Shown here piece after piece: positions 1-10,360 of a stretch of DNA of 64,000 nt. The DNA comes from an uncultured archaeon. GTDB lineage: Archaea > Thermoproteota > Bathyarchaeia > Bathyarchaeales > Bathycorpusculaceae. A model generated the notes under the pieces. The model saw nothing but the letters and a program-made list of their open reading frames with translations. It searched no databases and was not told the DNA's origin. Within the stretch, counting starts at the first letter, position 1. Every line of letters begins with the position of its first letter. The stretch covers positions 32,001 to 96,000 of the forward strand of contig CAWENF010000002.1 in the NCBI GenBank assembly GCA_963810275.1. The letters are read 5' to 3'. The translations under genes and the position numbers were made by a program.

Positions 1-870
1 ATCTGTATAGCCTCTTCGGGAAGTTCCAGAACGGGAGTGAACCATGGCGTGTAGCCTTGGCGGGTTATTATGTTTGCTGCTGCGTCGTCAGTTCCCGCCA
101 TGTTTGTGGAAACAAAGACGAGGGGCAAAATAAACAGCGCTAGCAGTATGGTAATTAGGATTACGTAGTGCTGTTTTTTGAGATGGAACTCTTTTTCGCT
201 AAGCCCAGTGATCGGGGAACGCAGCACTTTAAGTGAGGTGAGGATTTGGCCTTTATATCTGGTTAAGAATTCAAAGATGAATATGGCCAAGATTCCTTCG
301 CCTATGGCAAGCGGGATTTGGGTGACGGCGAATATACCGACGAATGTTAGGAAAGATTCTGCGAACCCTACGCCGGGGAAAGCCAACGCTAGCTGGAAGG
401 AGGTTGTGACGTAGGTGAAGAGGTCGCTTAGGGCTACTGCGAGAAATACTGCTGCTTGAGTGGGGGCCCGCATTTTTTTGCATATAATCCAAATTACCCA
501 TGCGATAATTGGACCCATGATGCCCATTGAAAAGACGTTTGCTCCCAAAGTTGTGAATCCGCCGTGGGCAAGTAACGAGGCTTGGAAGGTTAGTGCTATC
601 ATGGAGAGTACTGAGGCTACTGCGGGTCCGAAAACGATAGAGGCTAGACCTGAGCCTGTGGGGTGGCTGCTGCTACCAAAAACTGAAGGAAGTTTTAAGG
701 GCTGAGACAACAAAAATGAATGCGCCCATTAGTGCGAGGAGGGGTTTGGCTTCGGGGTTGTTTTTTGCGATTTTTGCCATGCGATAGATTCCGTAGGCGA
801 TTATGGGTATTGTTATTGCCCACCAGAATTCCCACCATGGATGGGGAAGGAAGCCTTCCATTATGTGCGT
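1..870 (-). CDS. cbiM: ECF cobalt transporter S component CbiM fused in-frame to a CbiN-like domain (runs off window; one apparent frameshift near 695)
   Basis: HIMEGFLP N-terminus. Removing one extra A in CTTAAAACTT gives LKLPSVFGSSSHPTGSGL...AHGGFTTLGAN...TQIPLAIGEG, which continues without a stop into GTDDAAANIITRQGYTPWFTPVLELPEE (CbiN-like). Confidence 0.85.
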
Positions 871-922
871 TTGTGTATCCTCTTTGCCGTGGGTTTACTA
901 ACCGAAACCTTATAAATTTATG

Positions 923-938
923 TTTAACTATGGTTAAA
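923..938. promoter_or_regulatory. Palindromic candidate operator TTTAAC-N4-GTTAAA in the cbiM/regulator divergent intergenic region
   Basis: Perfect 6-bp inverted repeat next to TATA-like TTATAAAT (910-917) in an ~80 bp divergent spacer. Confidence 0.45.
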
Positions 939-952
939 GTAAGGTTGATTAA

Positions 953-1789
953 GTGGCTAAGCAGCAGCAACCCGTCCTACTACTTAAAGACAAAGGTGAA
1001 TTCACAAGATTCCAAATCCTTTTAGAAATAATGCGGCACCAACCCCACATTAAACAGAAAGACATCAGCGACAAAATAGGCATAACTATACAAGCCATAT
1101 CTAAATACTTCAAAAAACTCCAAAGAGAAGGTTACCTTGAAGCAGGCAGCGAACGCGCCGATTACCACCTCACCCCCAAAGCAGTAGTTAAACTCCGAGA
1201 AGATATGCGCAACTTAGAGGCATTTGTCAGCGAAATTAAACACGACTTAAAAGTGGAGCATGCTTGGCCAGCCATAGCCACCCAACCCGTCAAAGCCGGA
1301 GAGGAAGTGGGGTTAATGATGAAGGAAGGAATCATCTACACCGTTCCCACCAACAGCCCCATGACCCAGGCGCGTGGAGTTGCACTTTCCGACGCTCAAG
1401 AAGGCGAAGACCTCGGCTTAAAGGACCTACACGGCAAAATGCATGTTAAGCAGGGTAAGATTCTCATAGTTAAGTTGCCCAGCATTCGCAGAGGCGGCTC
1501 CCACAAAACCGACATGGATAAGGTGAAAGCCTTCTATGGTGAATTCAACCCTGACCGTATCGGCGTTATGGGAGCGGTTGGCAGGGCTGTATTGGCTAAG
1601 TTGGATAAAAAGGCAGACATAGAGTTCGGAATCAGTCGCTCCGCAGCCATCGCGGCTTCAAGAGGGTTGAACGTGTTTGTTTTGGTTGTAGGCAGGATGG
1701 TTAATCGTATGATTCAGGAAATTGACCAGATCAACATGAAAAGCGGTGGCAACGTCATTTACGAAGTAAAAGATGCTCAGTTAATCTAA
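953..1789 (+). CDS. Winged-helix transcriptional regulator (COG1497-like, N-terminal MarR-type HTH)
   Basis: TRFQILLEI...KQKDISDKIGITIQAISKYFKKL...YHLT wHTH; C-terminal PSIRRGGS and AAIAASRGLNV motifs. Confidence 0.75.
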   Translation: MAKQQQPVLLLKDKGEFTRFQILLEIMRHQPHIKQKDISDKIGITIQAISKYFKKLQREGYLEAGSERADYHLTPKAVVKLREDMRNLEAFVSEIKHDLKVEHAWPAIATQPVKAGEEVGLMMKEGIIYTVPTNSPMTQARGVALSDAQEGEDLGLKDLHGKMHVKQGKILIVKLPSIRRGGSHKTDMDKVKAFYGEFNPDRIGVMGAVGRAVLAKLDKKADIEFGISRSAAIAASRGLNVFVLVVGRMVNRMIQEIDQINMKSGGNVIYEVKDAQLI

Positions 1790-1846
1790 AAGGAAAAAAT
1801 TTTTAAAAAGAGGAGAAAGTTGGTTAGGTAACCAACTGTTGTTTTC

Positions 1847-2375
1847 TTAACTTACTGTGAAGTCAGAATCGGGGATTGTTTCATTGACTGCGACACAGTA
1901 AATAGTTATGGAGGTTGTGTCGGTTGTATATGTTAGGTCATTGGTGTTGCCTTGGTCAATAAGCCTCTGTGCGAAGTCATTAAATAGTGATCCATAGTTG
2001 GTCCAGTCTGCAGCGAAGTCACTTTCAGTCCATGTCATTCCGTTATCCATGCTTACCCAGGATTTTTCTTGCCCTGCATCAAGGATATAAGAATATGTTT
2101 GCGTCTGCAATGCAGAGGTCTACTCTAACTTTTTCAGTTGCAGTGTTATAGTTAACGCATTCGAAGGTGTAACCGACCAGGTCGCCTGTTGCAGTGGTAG
2201 TTTCGTTAACACTGAAGATTACACTGCTTGCTCCTGTTAGGCTAGGTGGGAGGGTTGGGGTTGGGTTAGTGTCGTCTGTGTCGCCACCGTTATTCATCAA
2301 CATAATGCCTGCTGCTGCACCGACAATTACTATAACCAGAACAGCAACAACTATGTAGATTATATTTTTGTTCAT
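1847..2375 (-). CDS. Membrane-anchored secreted protein, split by a probable frameshift near 2100
   Basis: N-terminal hydrophobic anchor and PTPT linker (2079-2375) overlap a second ORF ending IPDSDFTVS; one extra A rejoins them. Confidence 0.65.
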
Positions 2376-2619
2376 CGTATCACCAATTATGGTACCTGTT
2401 TTGGTTCTAAGTTAATATAAGCTTTTCCAAACGTGATGTGTCAAGACAAAAAAAATAAAATATTTAGATTCTGAACAAAAGACAGGGATGGGAACTTTAG
2501 AAAGATCATAGAAACAGCAAAAAATCACTTCCAGTCACCTCTCCCCTGTTCCAACAATACCTTTCAGCAGTTTGTTTTAAATATTGCCGGCAACACATGC
2601 ATTGAAAGCTGTGAAAACC

Positions 2620-3687
2620 ATGTCAGAAGACATCGATGTCCAACCAGAAGAACCCCAAGAGGAACCTGTAGAAGAAAAAAGCGAACAAATGAAGCAAATG
2701 GAAGAAAACAGAAAAAAATACGAGTTCATAGAAGACCTCCCAGGAGTCGGTCCAGCAACAGCGGGAAAACTTCGGGAACTCGGCTATCACACCGTCGAAT
2801 CAGTAGCGATGGCTACCAGCCGCGAACTAGAACCCGTCGGTGTAAGCGAAAAGAAAGCGTTCCAAATAATTGAAGCCGCACGCTCATCCGTAGGCATCGC
2901 ATTCATCCGGGCAGACGAACTGTTCAAAATGCGCAAAACCGTCAAAAGATTAACCACCGGCAGTAAGGTGCTGGACAAAATGCTTGACGGCGGCTTAGAA
3001 ACACAAACGATAGCAGAATTCTACGGCGAATTCGGCAGCGGTAAAAGCCAAATCTGCCATCAACTCTGTGTAAACGTTCAGCTCCCCCACGAACGAGGCG
3101 GCTTAAACGGCGGTGTACTCTACGTGGACACAGAAAACACCTTCCGACTTGAACGCATCGTTCAGATGGCTAAATTCGTCGGCTTAGACCCAGAACAGGT
3201 AGTCAAAAACATTATTTATGCAGAAGCCTACACAAGTGATCATCAAATGTTTCTGCTGGAAAACGCTGATGAAATCATAAAAGCAAACAACATCAAACTC
3301 ATCATCATTGACTCACTCACAGCGCACTTTAGAAGCGAATATATAGGCAGAGAAATGCTTGCCAGTCGCCAGCAGAGACTCAACAAACACATGCACAAAC
3401 TTACCGCTCTCGCAAGAGCATTTAACGCCGTGGCAGTTGTAACCAACCAGGTTATGTCTAAGCCTGACCAGTTCTTCGGAGACGCCACCCACCCCATCGG
3501 CGGCAACATCGTAGGACATACAAGCCACACCAGAATGTATCTGCGTCGCGCTTCGCATGGTCCAATCCGCATCGTAAGACTGGTTTCAAGCGCGTATTTG
3601 CCTGAGGGAGAGGAAATCCTTAAAGTCACCGAAAACGGAATAGAAGATGTCTCTGAAGAAGAGAAAGCAACCAAACGTGGACGCTAA
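2620..3687 (+). CDS. radA: DNA repair and recombination protein RadA
   Basis: HhH EDLPGVGPATA, polymerisation motif FIRA, Walker A GEFGSGKSQ, YVDTENTF, Walker B LIIIDS, VVTNQV. Confidence 0.97.
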   Translation: MSEDIDVQPEEPQEEPVEEKSEQMKQMEENRKKYEFIEDLPGVGPATAGKLRELGYHTVESVAMATSRELEPVGVSEKKAFQIIEAARSSVGIAFIRADELFKMRKTVKRLTTGSKVLDKMLDGGLETQTIAEFYGEFGSGKSQICHQLCVNVQLPHERGGLNGGVLYVDTENTFRLERIVQMAKFVGLDPEQVVKNIIYAEAYTSDHQMFLLENADEIIKANNIKLIIIDSLTAHFRSEYIGREMLASRQQRLNKHMHKLTALARAFNAVAVVTNQVMSKPDQFFGDATHPIGGNIVGHTSHTRMYLRRASHGPIRIVRLVSSAYLPEGEEILKVTENGIEDVSEEEKATKRGR

Positions 3688-3689
3688 AA

Positions 3690-4142
3690 ATGCCTATAGC
3701 TCAAGCCCTCGTAACTCGGTACTTCCAACTCATCGTCGGCAGACAATTCGCCGAAGCCGAACGCGAGTTGGAGCGCGTTAAACAGAAAATGCAGAAAACT
3801 GAGTGGAACCGCGGATATTTCCGCGCCCTTTTTGGCATGTACCTTTCCCGGAAAAGCAATTCTGATATCTACGCGTTTTTCTCCAAATTGGATTTAACTG
3901 ACAAGGTTGCACTTAACATCTACCGAAAAGAGTTCCTAACCCATATGGGTAACGGATTACACGGGGACTTTGACCGCGGTTACTTCTCAGCTTGGGCGGA
4001 CTGCATGCGCATCGTTTCACGTATGGATATTCCCTCGCCAAGTGGCAAAGCATCTGCAGAAGAAAAAATTGAGACAACCCGCAGTGACAAAAGCCAAGCG
4101 ACTATTGCTAATTTTTTAAAAGAAGGCGAAGCTAAAAAATAG
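3690..4142 (+). CDS. Hypothetical helical protein coupled to radA
   Basis: 150 aa ORF starting 2 nt after the radA stop; repeated motif WNRGYFRA / FDRGYFSA. Confidence 0.75.
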   Translation: MPIAQALVTRYFQLIVGRQFAEAERELERVKQKMQKTEWNRGYFRALFGMYLSRKSNSDIYAFFSKLDLTDKVALNIYRKEFLTHMGNGLHGDFDRGYFSAWADCMRIVSRMDIPSPSGKASAEEKIETTRSDKSQATIANFLKEGEAKK

Positions 4143-4632
4143 CAATTTTAGGATTTGCGGAGTTATCTTTCGCTGCTTGAAGTAGTCGAGAAAACAGTGC
4201 ATCAGCCAATTTAGATGGAATAATCTCGTGGATATCCTCTGTTAAGAGGAAATTGCGTTCAGCGGCTTCTAAGAGGAGTTTTTCTCTGCAAGCGTTGAGA
4301 TGGCGGCATTTGGTGCAGTTTCCGTAATGTTTGAACCAGATTTGGATGCCGTTTTTAGCGGTGAAGGTGACAAATGCTTCTGTTTTGAAGTGGCTACTGT
4401 AACCTGAGAGGAAGCCTTTTTGGACGTCAATCGTTAGGATTTCTATTTTATTGAGTTCTGCGGCTTCTTTTAGTGAGTCTTCGACTCGTGTGTTTGCTAT
4501 GTCGATTATTTTGTGGACGGTTTGTCTGGTTATGTCGAGTTGGCGTGCTATGTGAGCTTCTCGTATGCCTCTGTGTTTTAGTCCCCAGATTAGGCGTTGT
4601 TTGGTTGTTAGGTAACCTGTGCTAAGTGTCAA
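4132..4632 (-). CDS. HTH-domain protein with a C-terminal Cys cluster
   Basis: EAHIARQLDITRQTVHK HTH; CTKCxxxxxC. Confidence 0.7.
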   Translation of the reverse strand: MTLSTGYLTTKQRLIWGLKHRGIREAHIARQLDITRQTVHKIIDIANTRVEDSLKEAAELNKIEILTIDVQKGFLSGYSSHFKTEAFVTFTAKNGIQIWFKHYGNCTKCRHLNACREKLLLEAAERNFLLTEDIHEIIPSKLADALFSRLLQAAKDNSANPKIAIF

Positions 4633-4757
4633 ACGAAAATACTCCGTAAGTATATTTTGACTTACCGTTTAAGGGTGAGTTGCTATGTTTTATAAGTTTA
4701 ACTCAAATAAAGGAATAAACGAAAAATTCTACAAACAGAAAGAGAAAAACATGCATT

Positions 4758-5054
4758 TTATGCAAGTAAAACCTCAATCGCAGTGAAGGACAGGACAAAA
4801 AAGGCTATCCAACTAAAAAAGTACATGCCTATGCCTGTACTCAGTATTTTGGATTGCTTCTCAATCTTGTCCTTGTAGGAGACTTTGAGGATATAGTAGG
4901 TTATGAAGTAAATTAGCAAAGCCACTGTTATACTGTTAACTAAAGTGGTTATGTCTGTGAGTATGTAGAAATACGCGGCTATAACGGCGGTGATTACGCC
5001 TGCAACGATGCCCAACAGGACACGTATCCAGTACAGCTGAGTGATAGGAGTCAT
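4758..5054 (-). CDS. Small 3-TM membrane protein, possibly EMC6-like
   Basis: Three hydrophobic segments; YWIRVLLGIVAG in TM1 and GIGMYFFSW in TM3. Confidence 0.55.
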   Translation of the reverse strand: MTPITQLYWIRVLLGIVAGVITAVIAAYFYILTDITTLVNSITVALLIYFITYYILKVSYKDKIEKQSKILSTGIGMYFFSWIAFFVLSFTAIEVLLA

Positions 5055-5228
5055 CTATATCGATCCTTGGCTTTGTAATATTTTGTTCCTACTTAAAAAA
5101 GATGCCCAAGTATTAACGGTTTCTACGGACAATAACAGTCAGCCTGGAGGGTGTTTTTTGGGTTTTGAGTGCAAACGGTTATTTTACAGCTATCAGATGA
5201 TATAGAGGCAAAGGACCAGTGTGACAGT

Positions 5229-7287
5229 TTGGTTAAAAAAGAGTTCAGTAGCTTCGACATCGCCGCTGCAACCCGAGAGTTGCAGCCCACAGTAGCAAAC
5301 AGCAGAGTGAATAACATCTATCAATTCGGCGAAAAAACATTCATATTCAAACTACACAAAACCGACTCGCCCATGCTGCGCCTCGTCATTGAAGCTGGGC
5401 GCAGACTACACGGCACCTCCTACACAGAGGAAAGCCCTTCTGAGCCGCCGCCGTTTTGCATGACGCTACGCAGATACTTACGCGACTCATGGCTACGATC
5501 CGTCGAGCAGGTGGAGTTTGAACGCATTGTTACAATCACGTTTGAAACCAAAACTGGGTTGCTTAAGCTATTGGTGGAGCTGTTTGGCGAAGGCAACCTT
5601 ATCTTGACCAACGAGCAGGGCATAATCATTCAGGCGTTGGCATTTAAGAAGATGAGGGACCGCGATGTAGTGCGAGGCGTTGAGCTGGTTTATCCGCCGG
5701 CAAGCGGCAGAAACCCTTTCAGAGTCACCGAGGGTGAACTCCAAGATATTATCAAAGCCGGTGGCGACTCGGAGGTTGTTAGAGTTTTGGCAAGAGGACT
5801 TGGTTTTGGAGGCACCTACGCCGAAGAAACCCTGCTCCGTGCGGGTATGGAGAAGAGAAGACCATGCAAAAACATATCAGAAGATGATGTTCATTCAGTT
5901 TTTTGTGCTTTGCAAACGGTTTTGGCGCCTGTTTTGGAGGGCAAATTTGAACCCGAAATAGTACTAGATGAAGAAGGGGGCTACCAAGATGTTGTGCCTT
6001 TTAAGTTAAAACGCTATGCAAACGCCCAAACCAAGAGCTTTGAGACGTTTAACGCTGCTCTCGACGAATTTTTCCTCCACGTAACCGCAGTGGAGAAAGC
6101 CGCGGGCAGCATTGAAGTTACCAGACTTAAAAATGAAGCAAAACGGCTAAAACGCATAATAGACGAACAGCAAAAATCCATTGAGGAAGACGAGCAACGT
6201 ATTGTTCGGGACAAGCAAATCGGCGACACGATATATGCCCACTTCCAAGAACTCCGAACTTTCCAGGAGCAGCTACTAAAAGCCAACCAGCAGGGCTACG
6301 AGTGGAGTGCCATAATAGGGCAGGTTATGGCCGCGAAAAAGTTGGGGAAACCGCCGATGGCGTATGTAGAGGGGTTTGATGGTAAAAATCTCGCTTTAAA
6401 CTTAGCCATGGATGGCTTTCATTTCAGTTTGGCGCTTAGGATGTCGCTGTTTGACAATGCCAACGAGTATTATGAGAAGGGAAAGAGTGCTAAAGAAAAA
6501 GCACAGGGAGCTTTAGTAGCGCTCAACGATTCAAAGAAAAAGATAGCCAAAATTGAGCGTGAGTTGTCGGAAGCAGAGGAGCTTAAAAGCCTCAAACCCG
6601 CCCAAATTGTAGAGGCACTGGCAAAACGCAAAGAGGAGATGGCGAATAAGCAGTGGTTCGAGAAGTTTCGTTGGTTCACTACCTCCGACGACTTCCTTGT
6701 TGTGGCAGGCAAGGATACTGTAAGCAACGAGGTATTAATCAAAAAGTACACAAAACAAGAGGACATTGTATTCCACGCTGAAATCACTGGCTCGCCGTTT
6801 GTCGTCATAAAAACCGAAGGCAAAGAACCCAATGAGCAGACCCTAAAAGAGGCGGCGGAGGCAGCGGCTTCGTACTCGCGTGCTTGGCGAGAAAATGCTG
6901 GCACAGCCGACGTCTACTGGGTACGGGTAGACCAACTAAGCAAAAGCGGTCCAAGTGGCGAATCCGTCCCGCACGGAGCATTTTTTGTGGTTGGCAAACG
7001 CAACTGGTACAGGAACACACCCTTGACGCATAGCTGTGGGGATAACTTTGGACGAGGAATCAGTATTTGTCGGGGGACCCATTGATTCTGTTAAGGCGAA
7101 AACCAAGAATTACGTGGTTGTTCAGCCTGGCTGCTACCAGGGCAAAGAGTTATTGCAGCTTGTTTTGCGGGCGTTAACGGTGAAGTTTTCAAAAGAACAG
7201 CGTGAGAAAATAGGTAAAACCAGTATTGAGCAGGTGCGTGAGTTTATTCCATACACTAAGGGCGCCGTAAACGTGAAAGCTACTTAG
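5229..7287 (+). CDS. rqcH: Ribosome quality control protein RqcH/Rqc2 (NEMF/NFACT family), apparent frameshift near 7026
   Basis: FCMTLRRYL, VELFGEGNLILT, WFEKFRWF, VAGKD...NEVL, SGESVPHGAFFVVGKRN. Deleting one A gives PLRIAVGITL and joins ORF 7036-7287. Confidence 0.92.
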
Positions 7288-7437
7288 CACCGCTTTGCCT
7301 GGGTTTCACAATTAAGAAGTATCCTTATTCTTCAACTCTCTTAGTAGACCTTTTCTGATGCTCTCCCAGTAGACCTTCCCTTATAAAGGCGAATTCCAGT
7401 TTTTTCTTCACTATAATGGGCAGGGTTTGGTGTGTTA

Positions 7438-7941
7438 TTAAATTTTGCCAAACCGCTCTGTTAGCTCGGCGATTTGCCCCCTAAACCTTTCCCGCATTTT
7501 AGTAAACCGCATCGCAGCCGACGGATGAACAACCTCAAAGTATTCTACACCCGCGACTCTTGGCGTATCCTTTGCTGAAGCACCCAGCAGCACCACAATT
7601 TTGGGTTTGATGATGCCAATCTGCTCAGTAAGGTACGGCAGGCACGCCTCAACCTCGTCAGGGTAAGGTTTGCGGTTCTGCGGCGACGTATGCTTAACAA
7701 TGTTTGTAATATAGACATCTTCACGCTTTATGCCAAACTCGGCAAGCGTTTTTGTTAAGAACTTGCCTGCTCTACCAACAAACGGCCTGCCAGTTTGGTC
7801 TTCTTCGGAACCGGGGTTTTGCCCCACAAACATCACCGCCGCGTCCATTGGACCTTCGCCGACTACACCGTTCTTGGCGGTTTCCCAAAGCCGACATTTT
7901 CGGCAGTTTTGCACCTGACGTTTGATTTCTTCCATGCTCAA
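7438..7941 (-). CDS. Uracil-DNA glycosylase, family 4
   Basis: CRKCRL, VGQNPG..ED..GRPFVGRAG, YITNIVK, HPSA motifs. Confidence 0.9.
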   Translation of the reverse strand: MSMEEIKRQVQNCRKCRLWETAKNGVVGEGPMDAAVMFVGQNPGSEEDQTGRPFVGRAGKFLTKTLAEFGIKREDVYITNIVKHTSPQNRKPYPDEVEACLPYLTEQIGIIKPKIVVLLGASAKDTPRVAGVEYFEVVHPSAAMRFTKMRERFRGQIAELTERFGKI

Positions 7942-8044
7942 AGTCTTCGCCTTGTTGTAACGAGTATACAGTCACACAACATTAAAACCCCTCCGAAAGA
8001 TTATAGATACCTGTTTCTTGTCTGCCAATTTTTTTGGGGTTTTT

Positions 8045-8344
8045 ATGGCTAAAGAATCTATTTCTGGATCGCTGCTAAGTAGCGCTACACGTGTGCTGAT
8101 GCGGATTGCCTTTCGCTTCGAGCCGCTGGCGCCCACAGCCATAACATTATACTTAAACCAACAGCTGAGCCGCTGCAGAGAAGAAGGCGCCATCTGCGAC
8201 TACAAAACCCATACCAGACGCCTCGGCAAATACCACTACCGCATCGAAGTGGACCTTGCCCTTAACGGCGGACAAGCAAAGTACCTGATGCAAAACGTTT
8301 TTCCGAAACAGATAGACGGTTTGAGGAGGTGGTTTTATGGCTGA
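8045..8344 (+). CDS. Hypothetical protein
   Basis: ATG-start ORF overlapping the next small ORF. Confidence 0.6.
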   Translation: MAKESISGSLLSSATRVLMRIAFRFEPLAPTAITLYLNQQLSRCREEGAICDYKTHTRRLGKYHYRIEVDLALNGGQAKYLMQNVFPKQIDGLRRWFYG

Positions 8345-8486
8345 AATGGCTGATAAAAAAGGAAAGCTAAAGCTCACCTTGGAAGTGGAAGTCAACGAGG
8401 AGCTTATGGATTTGGCAAAAGAAGCCATGTCAAAAGCTTCCAGCAAACTTCCAGAGATGATACGTCACAGCGGCGAAAACAAGTAG
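8337..8486 (+). CDS. Small hypothetical protein (49 aa), not in the ORF track
   Basis: GGAGGTGG RBS, then MAEMADKKGKLKLTLEVEVNEELMDLAKEAMSKASSKLPEMIRHSGENK*. Confidence 0.6.
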   Translation: MAEMADKKGKLKLTLEVEVNEELMDLAKEAMSKASSKLPEMIRHSGENK

Positions 8487-8790
8487 CAATAGGCGTTGCA
8501 GACTTTAACGTGAACATTGGCGACTAAATCGTCATAGACACGTTCAACTTCCGCTTCTTTACTGGCATATTCTTCTACGGTGCACCAATTTATTTGGCGT
8601 TTGTGAACCAGAAGAATTGTTTGCTCAGTAGGAGCATTCAATCACTGACGCGGATTTACCCCTTTGTTTCTTGTTTTCTACTGCACTGTTTTGTATATTC
8701 AATGTTCTTGGTATATTGAATAGCAAGCAATAGATAACTTGACAAAAGAAAGACTTTAAACTCCCACAACTAACATGTAAAGTGATAATT

Positions 8791-9096
8791 ATGAAGTTCT
8801 TAATAATCCAAAAAGTCAAACGTGAAGTGCCCCTTGAACGTTGGGCTAAACTTCTGCCTCTGCAGTTTAAATATTTTGAGCGGCTTGAAAAAGAAAAAAT
8901 TATCGAAGTAAGCTACCACCTTATCGGGCAACAAGGCAGTATGCTAATCATAAACGCAGATTCGGACGAGAAACTCAGCAAAATCGTCGGTCAAGACCCC
9001 CTCTTCTTCGAGTTAGAACGTCAAATCTACCCGTTGACTACCCGGGAAACCCACTACAAACAAATCCTCGAAATACTCAAAGGCGCGGCACAGTAG
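8791..9096 (+). CDS. Small ferredoxin-like fold protein (muconolactone isomerase/DUF3303-like)
   Basis: MKFLII...GSMLIINADSDEKL...DPL...QIYPL pattern. Confidence 0.55.
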   Translation: MKFLIIQKVKREVPLERWAKLLPLQFKYFERLEKEKIIEVSYHLIGQQGSMLIINADSDEKLSKIVGQDPLFFELERQIYPLTTRETHYKQILEILKGAAQ

Positions 9097-9097
9097 A

Positions 9098-9655
9098 ATG
9101 GCATGCCACGGCGGATTTAGCTTAGACGAAGAGCGACGGCGCAGCTGGTACAACCCCGAAACAGTTCTATCAGAACTCAAAGAGGGTATGACCTTCGTTG
9201 ACGTAGGTAGCGGAGAAGGCTACTTCAGCCTGCTGGCAGCAAAAAAAGTCGGCGCAACCGGAAAAGTCTACGCCGTTGACGTTGATGCATCTGGAGTTGA
9301 GAAACTAAATCGAAAGGCGGAAGAAGAAAAACTAAAAAACATCGTCGCAGCAATCGGGCGGGCGGAGGACACAGTTTTCTGTCAGGGCTGTGTAGACATG
9401 GTGTTATACAGCATGGACCTACATGACTTTGAAGAACCTGCTAAAGTGTTAGGAAACGCACATGAGATGCTAAAACCCTCGGGTATACTGGTGGATTTGG
9501 ATTGGAAAAAGATGCAAATGGACTTCGGTCCGCCTGAACGCATACGGTTTAGCGAAGAAAAAGTCTCTCAACTCTTAGCCGAGGCAGGCTTTAAAGTTGA
9601 ATCCAAAAAGGAAGCTGGACCCTACCACTACATCGTCATAGCGAAACCCATCTAG
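9098..9655 (+). CDS. Class I SAM-dependent methyltransferase
   Basis: FVDVGSGEG, VYAVD, LKPSG, DW..GPP motifs. Confidence 0.9.
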   Translation: MACHGGFSLDEERRRSWYNPETVLSELKEGMTFVDVGSGEGYFSLLAAKKVGATGKVYAVDVDASGVEKLNRKAEEEKLKNIVAAIGRAEDTVFCQGCVDMVLYSMDLHDFEEPAKVLGNAHEMLKPSGILVDLDWKKMQMDFGPPERIRFSEEKVSQLLAEAGFKVESKKEAGPYHYIVIAKPI

Positions 9656-10285
9656 GTTGTTGCATGCGCATAAAGTTCAAGCAAGTCACGTTGGAACCGC
9701 TTCGGGTCGTCTTTGTAGGCGGAGTGTGCGGCGCCTGCGTACACCAGCATTTTTGCGTTTGGCAATTGATCGGATAGCGAGCGCATTTCTTCGCCTGAGA
9801 TGATGGTATCCATATTGCCCCATACCACACGGACTGGGAAATGGAAATGTTTGTATGAGGAGACTAAATCGTCGTTTGAAAGCGTGAGCGGGGGATATTA
9901 GAAGTAAGGCTTTGACTGGATGAATTTTGGAGTATTGGAGGGCTATGTAGCCGCCTATGCTTGCACCGACCACCAGTGGCGGTTGGTCGCCGAAGACGGA
10001 CCGGTAAGCTTCCATAGCGTAGTTCACGTTGGCTTTGGAGTCTCGGTTCTTTGGGTGACAGTTACTTTTCAAACCATAGGGCATGTCCAAAGCCAGAAAG
10101 GGCACCTTTTTCTCTTCTAAGATTTCGGTTGCACCGATGCGTTGCCAAACGCCAATGGTGTAGGATAAGCCATGTAGAAACAGTACAGGGGAACCTTTTG
10201 CTTGGTACAATAGGGCTTGACCTTTGAAGCCGCCGAACTTTAGGGTTTTCTCTTCCACCAAACTCACCAGCCACACATACAACAT
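9652..10285 (-). CDS. Alpha/beta hydrolase, apparent frameshift near 9877
   Basis: VLFLHG and GASIGG nucleophile elbow; after removing one A the frame continues VVWGNMD...GAAHSAY to a stop at 9652. Confidence 0.85.
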
Positions 10286-10360
10286 AGCCGCTTATAACAA
10301 TTAAGAAACGTGGGAAAGACATAATAGCAAAACGCAGCCATAGTTTGATGGTGACTTTTT

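Noticed and set aside
871-952. Cobalamin riboswitch upstream of cbiM
   Set aside because: The spacer is about 80 bp, AT-rich and lacks a B12 box.
2620-3687. Intein or unusual insertion in RadA
   Set aside because: Length and motifs are ordinary; there is only an acidic N-terminal extension.
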